This document shows positions 49,901 to 61,736 of a stretch of 64,000 bases of DNA, piece by piece; the stretch's first letter is position 1; each line of letters begins with the position of its first letter. Location: NCBI GenBank assembly GCA_002269645.1, contig NIVC01001166.1, positions 282,849 to 346,848 of the forward strand, given 5' to 3'. This DNA is from Macrostomum lignano. Lineage: Eukaryota. Made by a program: the position numbers and the translations under genes. The notes under the pieces are model-generated. The model was not told the origin of the DNA. It did not search any database and was given only the letters and a program-made list of their open reading frames with translations.

Positions 49901-51631
49901 CAGCCAAGGCCGCCAACACTCTCAGAGCTCGCGGCCAGATTGAACCGGCCGCCACTGTTGCCCGTGACTCTGACGCCTGAAGATTTCCAACCGAAAGCTC
50001 GGGCTCAAACTATGCCTGAGGAGATTCAACCAATGAGCAGCTCCGACGCATCAGCAGGTCAAAAGCGGGACTCGGGCGCTTCTATGGCCTCGGTGACATC
50101 CTCGTCATCAACGACGTCGACATCCTCAAATTCTCAGTCATCGTCTGCGTCGACTAGTAGCGAGACAGGAAATTCGGAAGCAGCAGAGAAGACAGAGGAG
50201 TCCACAGTAGTTCAGACGTCAATAGTGCAGGTGTACACTCGAGTCCTGCATCCCACTGTTAATCACGGCCCAGTGACGCAACACTCGGATGCCGAGCTGC
50301 TGCCGGGGCTTCTAGCGTGCCAGTTAGACCCGACAGGACCATCGACCGAGAACGATCTGATGACGGCACCGAAGCTGTTGAAGCTTGCTGAGGCTCAGAT
50401 CGAGCGTCAACGCAGCAGACTTGCCGAGTGGCAGAACGATGCCGCCGAAGGTCGACCAACAACCGCACGTCAAGAGGAGCTGCTGGCCGTCAATGATGAA
50501 GTGCTGCGCTACTTTCGCGTCAACAGCGGGGGGCCTGACCGTGCCGATCGTCGTCCGGAGTCTCCTTCGCTAGCTGACGATGACGTCTTGCAGGCGCTGG
50601 GTGACTATGAGGCCTCCAGCAAACTTTCTCGTGTCCTCGTGGCCCTCAGCGGAACTAGAGAGCGGAAGTTGCAGCAGCCTCAGAGAAGTCTGGCCGAGGC
50701 CTGCCATGGCGTGATACGAGAAGGTCAGCACTACTTATTGGAGTGCGCAAACCCGTCTTGCGCTCGTCGCTGTGACCTTGACAGACGTCTTGCTAACGGC
50801 TTCCATTCCTGTCGAGAGTGCCGCACATTTTACTGCAGCCAAAAATGCGGCTCCGATCATGCTAGCGCACACGGCCGCTCCTGCTGCTGGAATCGAAGAG
50901 TGGACGCCTGCAAGAGGGTCATCGCTGGCTGCCTTCTTGCCGACACTTCACCTGCAGTGGCGCTACTCTCGCGTCTGGCCCGCGCCTCCTCTCGGAGCTT
51001 TTGTTGGCGCGGATGTCTCCTGTTGGCACTTCGCGATTCAGCCGCGGCTGCCCGATTCGTAACAACCGATGGCAAAGAAGGGCTGATGCGCCCTCCGGCG
51101 CTGCTCGACCTGTCAACTCTCTCCGGCGACCTGGCCGACGCGAGCAAATCCTGCAATCCGGACGCCGCCTTTGTTGTCTGCGTTGTCGTTGGCACCGGCG
51201 TCAAGTGGGCGAAACTCCGTCTGTCGGCGAGGACAAAATCAGACGTGGATACAACCGAGGAGGACGCAGACGCGGACCGCCGGCGCCGCTGGGCCTACCT
51301 GTCGCGGGTGGAGCGATTGCTGCGCGAGCGCGGCGTCAGCCTTCGCCGCCAGTTTCCGCAGCTACGAGAGCGGCTCGTCGCCTACGCGGAGACCGGGGCG
51401 CCGTTCCTGCCAGCCGTGGTCTACCCCACCGACAGGGCCACCGGGCGGGCGTTTGCGTGCCGCCTGGCGCCCGACCGCGAGCCGGAACTCGAATGGGTGC
51501 CTCTCGCCGTCGCCGTTGCGCCTGAGGAACCAGCAAGTTCAGTCGGCGAAGTCGTGGGCGATGCGCCACGAGCAAAGCAGAGGCAGCCGCCGTTTTATCG
51601 TCGCCGGCGGGTTGTGTCCACCGACCTGTAG
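44000..51631 (+). CDS. ajm1: Apical junction component 1 (AJM1/AJM-1)-like protein; exons ~44000-44494/44528, 45719-45768, 47495-47879, 48255-51631
   Basis: The C-terminus has a MYND-like Cys/His cluster (CANPSC...CRECRTFYCSQKC...H...H...C) followed by ERLLRERGVSLRRQFP...Y.E.G..F.P.V.YP.DR.TGR.F.C, which I recognise as the AJM1 family C-terminal region. The N-terminal part is long, low-complexity and Ser/Ala/Gln-rich. The 45768/47495 (phase 0) and 47879/48255 (phase 1) junctions are GT-AG and in frame. The first exon and true start are uncertain. Confidence 0.72.
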
Positions 51632-53066
51632 CTTACAGTTTCCTATGCAGATCATAGTTAATTATGCTTTTGTAGAATAAAAACTCTTATTTTGCTACTA
51701 CTACTAGTAGACTGGCTAGTGAAAATCGAAAAATATTTTAGCATATCTTTGATTCTGATAAAGCAAGAAAATAGTTTGAGAGTTTGATGATGAGGACAAG
51801 GGGGATGGTGACAATACCAGTCATAAAGGTCTTAGCATACTTTGTAAACAAGAGCTCTTAGAATCTCAGAAGCATATGCTTCATTTAAGCAAGGTAGTCA
51901 TAAAAATCCGTAAATATTTATATTTTCGATAGCTGCGTCAAGTTACAAAAGTTTGCTATTTTTTTCTATCGCCGAATTTAGTCTTCTGCCATTTTTCATC
52001 GATCACTGCATCCGAAAGCATGAACTGTTGTAAGATTTTTATTGTTTTCATTTCATCATCTTATCTATATAATTTTCGAGATTCTTTTGCTATGAATAAA
52101 GTCGTTTTTACCCCGCTGTGCGAAGATTAAGTTATCTAAATAACAACATCAGTAATAGCAGGTGGCTAAATCACCATTTAGACTTTCAGCTGTTACGCAT
52201 CAAGAGTGTTGGCTTCATTGAAAACCGTGATATGAAGATAAATAAACTGCGTTTTAAAGGCTGGCCAATTATTCAATATATAAAAAAGGTCTTTTGATTT
52301 AAAAAGCGAGTTTCAGCTCCGTAAAAATGATATCTGATGATTAAAACAAAATGATATGACATTTTACCGATTAACGAGCATTGAAAACAGCCACCAGCTG
52401 GACGAGACTTTTCACAGGTTGAGAACACCCATGAGGCTCACTGTGGGGCTCACGGATATCCAGCTGGTGGCTCGCATTCTGACACATGCTTTTGAAGTTC
52501 TGATAAAGACTACGCATTTTATAATCCTAGTGCAACGCTCGCGACCAGGGATTTCTTTGATGGCAATACTATAGATAAACGCAGTATTTGTCTATCTGGA
52601 GCTCGCTGTGACTAAAAGCCTTAGCTGCTGGTAGCTGATTTTTGTAATCTATAAATGAAGTCCTGCCGGCAATCCCTGAAGTTTGGTCTGACCAAGCCGG
52701 CAGGAACGGCTTTGCATAGCAGAGTGTGAAAGTAGCAGCGATAGTCTATGGCCAGCCCTGCTGACCCAGCCGGCAGGAACGGCTTTGGCTTTGCATAGCA
52801 GAGTGTGAAAGTGGCAGTGATAGTCTATGGCCAGCCCTGCTGACCAAGACAGCAGAAGCGGATTTTTTTTCAGTCTTCGGCGTAAAGGAGATTTATTAGC
52901 ACCATCTAGTCAGTGAAAAAAATATGAACCAGTTTAGACTGGGCATAAATTGTGTTTTGACACATTTTTTCAAACGGGCACCTTAAAATTTCAACAGTTA
53001 TGTCCGCTTTGCATCTCGATTATACTTGGCATCTTCGTAGGCGCTGTCACGAGACTGTCCTGACAC

Positions 53067-53264
53067 CTAGTACGAATCGTCGGGGCTTTCAATGATTTCT
53101 GCGATGACTTCTCCCAGGCTTGAGTTAGTAATCTTCTGAATGCCCTCAGCAGTGGATGACGCTGCTGTTCCCAGCTTGCTGTCTGGTTTCTTCGCTAAAA
53201 AAGCATCCGTAGCTCGTATCAACTTTGCTGCTCGACTTCTCAAACAGGAACAGACGCAACCCAT
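53067..53264 (-). CDS. Putative 65-aa peptide with N-terminal acylation motif (MGCVCSC)
   Basis: ATG at 53264, MGCVCSCLRSRAAKL... then stop at 53067. MG-C-x-x-S fits myristoylation plus palmitoylation. It lies in a locally GC-richer patch. No homology recognised. Confidence 0.3.
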   Translation of the reverse strand: MGCVCSCLRSRAAKLIRATDAFLAKKPDSKLGTAASSTAEGIQKITNSSLGEVIAEIIESPDDSY

Positions 53265-53677
53265 TGCGTTTAACTCGCTTAAATCGCCTTTGCAATGTTG
53301 GATCTGCGCTCGGCTGGACCCAGGTGTAAACAAGACTTTTCAATGCGAGTGCAAGGACAACTTAAGTAGTAGGACGCAACACTCGCGTATCGTGTAATTT
53401 TTATTGGAGGCCTGGTCTTCACAAATATGTAATTCGCGACTAGTTGCACGTAGAAAGCTAATTCTTTCGGTGTTAGGTCCAGAATTTTGTTCTTCGTTAA
53501 AATGTAAGTAAGCAACCTACAGCTATAATAAGTATAAAAATTTTGCTTTGTTGTCTTGGTCTCTTGGTCTCTTGTTGACAATTGTAATATAAAGAAACCA
53601 TGTTTGTCAGCAAAAAAGAAAACAAGAAAACCAGTATTTCACAAATCCAAATAAAAAATGCATAATGTCATTGGCCA

Positions 53678-54414
53678 TTAAAGGCACGTGATATAATTAT
53701 TTTAATTAGTAGGTGAAGTCAGCTTATCAAGTTTAGTAAGAAATGAAAACCTGAATGGTTTACAACAACACACACAGTCCTGTGCTCTATTTGTAGCGGT
53801 CGAATCCTAGGCTTATGTACGTAGAACTTTATACGGCTTACGGGCCTCCAAAAAAAATTCCACGAAAGCTGAGTGTCGCGTCCTATATATAACGTAACTT
53901 CAGTTGTCCTTGTACTAGTGATGCAGCTCCATGGCAGGCTCTTCAAATACAATAAGTCTGACAGTCCTACAAATCAGAATAGGAAATGTACACACTTTGT
54001 GTGACATCAGCGACAAGCTAATTGACTTTTTACTTAGGAAAACAAGTCATGGTGGTCGTGCATTGCGCAATTGCGTACGCGTCCATTTTCACTTGGATTT
54101 TTTGACATGACATTGAAGAACGTTCCGAGACTTATTAGTCTCTTCAAATTAGTTAATTAAAATCTTTTAATCCTTTGTCGAGTAGAAAAAGAAAAAAAGT
54201 CCATTGACTGTAAAATACTCGTTCACACAGCATCCAATTATTTTTAAGCCATCAGCCATCAAATTACACGACTGATATGTAATTAACGACGAAATATAAG
54301 CTGCATTATGACGCGGAATTTGGACTTCTTTGATTGAGGTGTGACGAGGTTCACAAAGTATCACAACGTTTTTTAGATGCACATAACAGTATAGCATTTC
54401 AAGGGGACCTTTAA
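53678..54414. mobile_element. Possible Kolobok-type MITE
   Basis: TTAA-AGG ... CCT-TTAA termini, but little TIR similarity beyond those bases. Confidence 0.35.
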
Positions 54415-54492
54415 ATCGATACGTAAACTTTTTATTTGCAAAAAATCTGTCAAATATTTTTACGGCAGATCCATCCGCATGCTTTTAACCAT

Positions 54493-56415
54493 TTAAAACT
54501 TCTTGAAAACCGGATGAGTAACCTCGACGGCCACTCGACGTCTGCAGCTGCCGTGAGACCTCACCTCGAGCCAGTGCTTGCACCGAAACACGAACCCGAA
54601 GTACCGAAACGTCTTCAACGCTGTCAGAAGTCGCAGCAGGTCGAAGGCCACATCGAAGTCACTGATGCACCGCTGGAACGTCTCCGTGACGAACGCGATG
54701 AGAAAGTTCAGCAGGTTGAGGCCCACAAACACGAAGAACAGCACGTGGATGATGAGAACCATCACGCTGTCCAAGCTGAAGGTGATCATGTTGAGGATGA
54801 CCTTGACCGACGAGTAGAGCGACAACAGGCCGGTCTCGAAGTCGGGCGAGTCAACCAAGATGAAGAAGTCCAGGCTGAAGAGAATGATCCAGTAGAACAG
54901 CAGCGGCAGCGCGGCCAGGAAGCTGGACAGCATGCAGTGGAAGGTGAAGAAGAGCTTCCCGACCGACTTCGTCACGATCTCCATGTACTGCGCAAAGTGC
55001 AGCAGCGTGAACGCGATGAAGAGAGTGTTGGACCCAATTAAAAGCTGTTCCATTACACCTCTTGGCTCAAAGTATTCATAAAAATTTTTGAGTTGCAGTG
55101 CTGAAGCGAATATAAAAAAGCTGATTCCGCTTACGAAAGCCACCGCCTGATAGAAATCAAAAGTCGAGCGGCGCACAAAGCGCCCAGTTGAGCTGTCGAT
55201 GGGCGCCACAGTCTTTGTCTTTCGCTGGCACTCAACAAAATAGAGCACCAACTTGATGAGCATAATGACCATATGAAACACGGAGACAAATGTTATCATT
55301 AAATAGCTCAAAAGCATCGAGTCAAATAATTCACCGCAACTATACTTCTTTACCGTCTGGCTGTTAAAAATCTCATGGTACAGCGTCGCGTTGGAAAGAG
55401 ACGATGTGTTGTAGCCTGCCCGAAAAGCGGCGGCAAAGGTTGCTCGGTTGCAGTGAATGAGGTTGCCAAAACAGGCGACTGTCAGCATGATTGATTCGTT
55501 CACGGCAGTAAGAAGAAATACCGATGTTGGAACGCTCATCACCAGCAGCCTCAGAAATGTGATCGCTCGAGTCTGACGGTACGTCAACCGAAGCCACTGT
55601 CGGATGAGAGGGTCCTCCATCAGCTTGGACTTCTTGAGCGACTCGACCTGACTCGACGCTACATAGGTGAGCAGGTGCAGAGGACTCGAGTTGCACCGGC
55701 TCCCGTGACACAGGTCGTAGTCGGTGAGGTCGTAGAGACGGACGGCCCAGCCGCCGGATCGAGTCTCCGATTTCAACAGGTAGTTCGGCAGGTGCAACAT
55801 CTTGCGGGCCAGTCGGAATGCAGCGAACTTCACGCACGCCTCCAGAGGTCGGAGACCGCTCGAGTCCTCCTGGGTGACCAGCCTGTCTAGCAGACGAGGC
55901 TCTCTACTCAGCGTCGAGAGGAGCGCCGTCTCCAGACGCTTGGCTCGCTTGAACCTCGGCGCGTACATCTGGCAGCGAGCCAGACTGTGTACAACGGTGC
56001 TGCCGTCGAGCTCGAGCTGAGCCGCGTGCTCGGAGCTGTCTTCCAACAGAGCCTCGAACACTCGCACGGACTGCAGCAGAATCGCCAGGTGGATCGCGTA
56101 TCCGAACTGCAGACTGACGAAGCCCCACTTTCGGCGACTTCTCGGCAAGCGACACCGGATCTCGTGGCTTTCGGTCACGTCGACCAGAGGCTGGGCGAGC
56201 CTTCCCGACAGGTCCGGCTTCAAAGCTCGCATGAAGGCGTCAGGGTCGTCATCGACCAGAGCAGCCAGCGCCGCTTCTGCCGATTCCATATTGAACAACT
56301 CTTTCAAGTTTGTATCGTTCTGACTCGGCAGCACCCGATTACCTGCAAGAAGTGAAATTCTGTTGCTGGAGCGAACTCTGATAAAGTCGTTAGTAGCCGG
56401 GATCCCTTCGCCCAT
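54493..56415 (-). CDS. Divergent TRPV-like ankyrin-repeat ion channel, copy 1 (intact, 640 aa; shared MESAE start at 56289)
   Basis: Degenerate ankyrin repeats (GYAIHLAILL, DGSTVVHSLA, DSSGLRPLEACVK), LYDLTDYD (cf. TRPV YDLTEID), SPLHLL, then about six hydrophobic segments, a pore region F.TGLLSLYSSVKVILNM and S6 LNLLNFLIAFVTETFQR (cf. TRPV LNLLIAMMGDTHWR). Uninterrupted ORF. Confidence 0.7.
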   Translation of the reverse strand: MGEGIPATNDFIRVRSSNRISLLAGNRVLPSQNDTNLKELFNMESAEAALAALVDDDPDAFMRALKPDLSGRLAQPLVDVTESHEIRCRLPRSRRKWGFVSLQFGYAIHLAILLQSVRVFEALLEDSSEHAAQLELDGSTVVHSLARCQMYAPRFKRAKRLETALLSTLSREPRLLDRLVTQEDSSGLRPLEACVKFAAFRLARKMLHLPNYLLKSETRSGGWAVRLYDLTDYDLCHGSRCNSSPLHLLTYVASSQVESLKKSKLMEDPLIRQWLRLTYRQTRAITFLRLLVMSVPTSVFLLTAVNESIMLTVACFGNLIHCNRATFAAAFRAGYNTSSLSNATLYHEIFNSQTVKKYSCGELFDSMLLSYLMITFVSVFHMVIMLIKLVLYFVECQRKTKTVAPIDSSTGRFVRRSTFDFYQAVAFVSGISFFIFASALQLKNFYEYFEPRGVMEQLLIGSNTLFIAFTLLHFAQYMEIVTKSVGKLFFTFHCMLSSFLAALPLLFYWIILFSLDFFILVDSPDFETGLLSLYSSVKVILNMITFSLDSVMVLIIHVLFFVFVGLNLLNFLIAFVTETFQRCISDFDVAFDLLRLLTALKTFRYFGFVFRCKHWLEVRSHGSCRRRVAVEVTHPVFKKF

Positions 56416-57402
56416 TACTTTGTGCAGCTGAACAGTTTGCCGCAGAATCAGTCCGGTCTCTGTTAGTTTTCTGGTGCGCTGCTTTTATGAGCTTTGCAAA
56501 GTATAGCCGCCAGAAAATCAATATTCAGGGAATCACTGGTCACAAGCGTACATTTTTCTCCAAAACATTTGACCAGCCTGAACAAACAATGGCCACTGAA
56601 CCAGAGTCAGTTCTAGCGATAAAGTCAGGCAGGTATGGTCTCGATGGCGCAGAGCAAACAACATTATCAAATGAATTGATTTGGCGATGAAAGTAGCCCA
56701 ATAATGCTATGTAACTTATTTCTGCATAGCCTGAGTTTATTGCAGCGAAACTTTTTGGGAGCCACTCTGAAGAGCAACGGCTCTCCAGCAAAAAGGTGCT
56801 CATATATTGATATTAAAAACTATGGTTGAATTTTTTAGCCGTTGAATTGAGTAACGATCCGATTCCAGAAAGGCATCTCCGTGTTTGAGCTTTTTAGCAT
56901 GCAAATTTAAGTTTAAATCTCGATAATCAAGATTCAATCAAGGGAACTGGCAATAGCTCAAGTCTAGCAACAAATTTCTTGACTGTTTTAAAAACCGACG
57001 AAAACTTGTCTACGAGCTCCAATCTCCAAGCCGTGTTTGCAGCCATGGACATCTGTGCTGTGGTCTGCTCTTCCTTTTACTCCAGTCTTGAGGTCACTAT
57101 TGGTGGTCCTGTTTTCCTCTGTCATTTGAGCAAGTCACATGAAAAGCCGTGTTTTCCTGGAGTCCAAAAGTGCAGTAAACATGTTTACTACGCTCGCTGG
57201 CCTGTGTTTACGGGGACCACGACTCCGGCCTTCTCAAAGGCGGGAGGTGACGTCAGTTCTAAAAATAGATACTGAGTCACGCAATCTGGCGCACAATGGT
57301 GCAATGGGGATTCCCAGCATATATGTACGGGCCCCCCTCACCCTTGTTTCCGTCAAGGATTTCACTTTCAGTTTTTAGTTCTTCTGCTACCATGTTTCCG
57401 TC

Positions 57403-57732
57403 TGTAATACGCCTGACTAAACATAGACGCCCAAGTCTAAAGGAGGCCTACATCGCCTTCCCAACCACCCACTGGGCCCAGCTGGATCTGCTGACCAGAC
57501 GCCTTGTTCGTTAATCTTCAAATCTGCACGCGGTGCTGAGTTCGTTTACTTGTTTATTTTGTTCCGACGGGAAGCCCACCTCATCGAAAGCCGAGACCTG
57601 AAGAAACTGGTGGCAGCACTAGCTACGCTACGATTGAAGACTCCCGATCAAAAGGACGAAAAGTCAATTTAACTGTGCTGGCGCTGTCCGAGTAGGTAGC
57701 ACAGGTACAACATTGGTGGCAGCGATGGGATT
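57403..57732 (+). mobile_element. Truncated Gypsy-like LTR plus primer-binding site
   Basis: ...ACAACA (57712) is followed by TGGTGGCAGCGATGGGATT, a near-perfect tRNA-Leu PBS (consensus TGGTGGCAGCGGTGGGATT). The 5' boundary TGTAATAC at 57403 is inferred. Confidence 0.6.
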
Positions 57733-58152
57733 CTGAAGACCTACCAAACCACCCCGAGACAACCATCAATACAACACTTTCGATTGAGTGATGAAGCATA
57801 TTGTATTTCTGTCTCCAGATCCTAGTAACTTTCGACGAAGCCGATGTGTGTTAGTGGTAAATTCTACTTTAAATTTGAAAACGAACTCATTCAATAGCTC
57901 GAGACTAATACGAGTTTAAAACTGAATATCGGACCCGTTCAACTGGAGCGCCTGAGAGGACAGCTGCTAAACTCAAGTCTAAATAGGAAGACAACGCCCA
58001 GGGGTTGCCCAGGAATTCAGGGGAGCACTGCATTCAGAGCCATTTGGGAAGTCAGCTGGGCTACTGACAGACGGGCTGAAGGCCAGGGAGCGGTTCTCAT
58101 AGACCATGACTCTTATTCTCTTACACTGTTTCAAAGTGGAAAGGCAAATATA

Positions 58153-60092
58153 GTGGACGCAGATAAAACACTTCTGGCTGACTTCGGTATGCGAGAAATT
58201 TTAAAGCAAATCGAAACGCAGCAGAAAGAGCCAAAAAGTGCAAACATGATTCGGGAAGGGAAACAAAGCATGGAATCGGCAGAAGCGGCGCTGGCTGCTC
58301 TGGTCGATGACGACCCTGACGCCTTCATGCGAGCTTTGAAGCCGGACCTGTCGGGAAGGCTCGCCCAGCCTCTGGTCGACGTGACCGAAAGCCACGAGAT
58401 CCGGTGTCGCTTGCCGAGAAGTCGCCGAAAGTGGAGCTTCGTCAGTCTGCAGTTCGGATACGTGATCCACCTGGCGATTCTGCTGCAGTCCGTGCGAGTG
58501 TTCGAGGCTCTGTTGGAAGACAGCTCCGAGCACGCGGCTCAGCTCGAGCTCGACGGCAGCACCGTTGTACACAGTCTGGCTCGCTGCCAGATGTACGCGC
58601 CGAGGTTCAAGCGAGCCAAGCGTCTGGAGACGGCGCTCCTCTCGACGCTGAGTAGAGAGCCTCGTCTGCTAGACAGGCTGGTCTCTCAGGAGGACTCGAG
58701 CGGTCTCCGACCTCTGGAGGCGTGCGTGAAGTTCGCTGCATTCCGACTGGCCCGCAAGATGTTGCACCTGCCGAACTACCTGTTGAAATCGGAGACTCGA
58801 TCCGGCGGCTGGGCCGTCCGTCTCTACGACCTCACCGACTACGACCTGTGTCACGGGAGCCGGTGCAACTCGAGTCCTCTGCACCTGCTCACCTATGTAG
58901 CGTCGAGTCAGGTCGAGTCACTCAAGAAGTCCAAGCTGATGGAGGACCCTCTCATCCGACAGTGGCTTCGGTTGACGTACCGTCAGACTCGAGCGATCAC
59001 ATTTCTAATGCTGTTGGTGATGGGCATACCACCAGCAGCATTTTTGTTGACGGTGTTTAGCCAATATGTAATGCTACTTGTATCAAGTTTTGGTTTGCTG
59101 ATTCACTGTAATCAAGCCACCTTCACAGCCGCAGAGAAGCTAGGCTTCAATGAGACCGTGTTGTTGAACTCAACCCTCTTTTGGAAAGTGTTTAATGATC
59201 AGACAGTTAAGCAGACTAAGTGCTCAAGAATCGGCGAGGCAATATTTGTAAACACTTGTGTGATTTTTGCGGTTCTGGTCTTCAAAGTCATCGTAGCCTG
59301 CGTGAAGATTGTTCTGTGGCTCCTGGAGCGGAGTCAGCGGATGAAGCTTCTCACAGCCGACAACTGGCGACCCACGCACCGATTCGTCCGTAGAACAATG
59401 TTCGACGTTTACCTGGCAGTAACTATTGCAGCAGCTCCTGCTTCCTAGTTGTTCTGTTCACCAACTTTTGGGCGAACTACTCAGGGTGGTACCGGACACT
59501 GCTCCCCATCAACCAGCGGTCTGGCTGGGTCACCGAGCAGCTGTTTCTCGGCTCGAATGCTTTATTTATCGCATCCGTTCTCTTGCAGTATTCCCAGTAT
59601 TTGGAGATTGTATCAAGAGGCATTGGGAAACTGTTTTTCATATTTCACAGCATGATGACAAGTTTCCTGGCTTCCATGCCTCTGCTTTACTTTTGGATAA
59701 TTTTGTTTAGTTTGATTTTCTTCATCCTGGTTGACACGCAAGACTTTAGCACTGGTTCTCTATCTTTGTATTCATCCGTGAGAGTCATACTGAACATGAT
59801 CAACTTCAACCTAGACAGTTCCATCGTTCTCATTATTCATTTCGCATTCTTTATGTTTGTCAGCATCAACCTGTTGAACTTTCTCATAGCGTCTGTCACA
59901 GAGACGTTCCAGCGGTGCATCAGCGATTTCGACGTGGCGTTCGACCTGCTGCGGCTTCTGGCAGCGCTGAAGACGTTTCGGTACTTTAAGTTTGTACCCC
60001 GGTGCAATCACTGGCTAGAAGTGAGATCTCATGGCATCTGCAGACGTCGGGTGGTCGTTGAAGTTGTTCAACCGGATTTTAAAAGGCAATAA
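58153..60092 (+). CDS. Divergent TRPV-like channel, copy 2 (one frameshift near 59425-59435; pseudogene or sequencing indel)
   Basis: 58270-59006 is a near-identical inverted copy of 55553-56289. After VTIAAA the homologous frame shifts to SCFLVVLFTNFWANY...EQLFLGSNALF...QYSQYLEIVSRGIGKLFF and continues through ORF 59583-60092 (LNLLNFL-type S6, WLEVRSHG). Confidence 0.68.
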
Positions 60093-61007
60093 TGTCCTAA
60101 TCGTCTAAACCAGCGAATACCTTCGTGGCAAAGTCCTCGAAGCTTCCTTTGTTTGGAAGCTTGATTCGCGATGTTTAGCTGGATTAACTTGATTAGAGGC
60201 AGGCGATTCAGCTTTCCTAATATTTCTCCATACTGCTTAGTCATTGCGCAGAATGCTGTGTCGTTTACCTTGTTTTTCTCCCGTCTCAGTCCGTACATCT
60301 ACGAGTACACTGCTTGAATATTTTGCATTCACGAATAAAACGTACTTTGAGCCAACATACGCTCGTATATTCAACTATTTAATCGTAAGTTTCTGTTGAG
60401 TACTACGAGTAGTTTTCACCCGTGAGTGAAACCAGCTTCATTATAAGTTAACCCTGGAAGGCGAGTGTTCAGCAACTATTGCTACGAGCGTACGTACCGA
60501 CCAATTTGGAAGGTTACAAATGAAGGTTAGATAAAAGGCGGGACGTTCAATATTTATTGGCAGTTTATAGCAATCAATTAAAGGTTGCCCGAAATACTAA
60601 ATGACGAAATTAGCACTTGCTCCTAGCGACTCTTGGATGCTTATCACAGAATCGCGCTTAGAATTTTTATAGTAGATTACGACGCTTGTACAATAATTTA
60701 CCGATTGTAAAGGAATTACACGTAGTACAATAAGGGCCACTTCAAAGCAGCAGAGAAGTTAATCCAAGATTTAAAAGGTTTCCAGAAAAACTTTAAGAAA
60801 GCACATTTGAAAGAGATATGGGATGGGACTTTTGCAAAGGAAAATAGTGTAAAACTAATGACGCATAAATATGAAACTGCAATATTGTTTTGCGCTCTAA
60901 GGTTCATGTTGTACTCGCGACTCTCAGGAAGGGTGCACCTACGAGGGTCAGAGTACGCGGGCCCGTGCTGGCCTGCGTCGGGGTGCGAGTGTCCGCACGG
61001 GACCCTA

Positions 61008-61148
<141 letters not shown>

Positions 61149-61736
61149 CTACCTGGCCTAGTCCCCCTGAGTCGGCGTCAGGACACACGGACTGTCCCTG
61201 CTACAGCTCCCGAAATGAAGAGACAAGGCAGTGACTTACTTCGCGGATAGCTCGCCCTTGCGCGTGCGGTCAATAAATCGTAGCTGAGGTCTGCTCGCGG
61301 CTGGTGGACCCGATGGTCAATGTTTATTGCGTATGTGTTAGGGGAAGGACGGTCTAAAGACGCTGTAATCGGCGCTCTGGGCCTGCGTTGTAGAGTGCGG
61401 CAAACCAAAACAACCACGGGCCGACAGCCACCCGCCCCGGCCGCGCCTTAAAATGCCACGACCCTCCCGGAGCCGGGGCTCCCCCCCGCCCCACCCCCGC
61501 CCCACCCCGGCCCAGCCACCCACCGGCCAATCACGGCGCAGCTGGGGGAGGCCAGCCCGGGAGGAAGGCCAAAAGGGCGGCCCAGCCAACCAGCGCGCAG
61601 ACAACCCAAAGGGCTAAGCGGCTTACACCGCCGAGCCTATCACACCAAAAACAAATACGGAGCAGAGTGCACTTTGGCAGGGCAAGCGCACGGGCACAAC
61701 GTTCAGAAAGTCGTCGAAAATCTCTAAAAGAATGCA

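Noticed and set aside
54436-55041. Plus-strand 201-aa acidic ORF (and 61785-62417, plus other ORFs overlapping the TRP genes)
   Set aside because: These are antisense shadows of GC3-rich hydrophobic codons; they recur only where the TRP block is duplicated.
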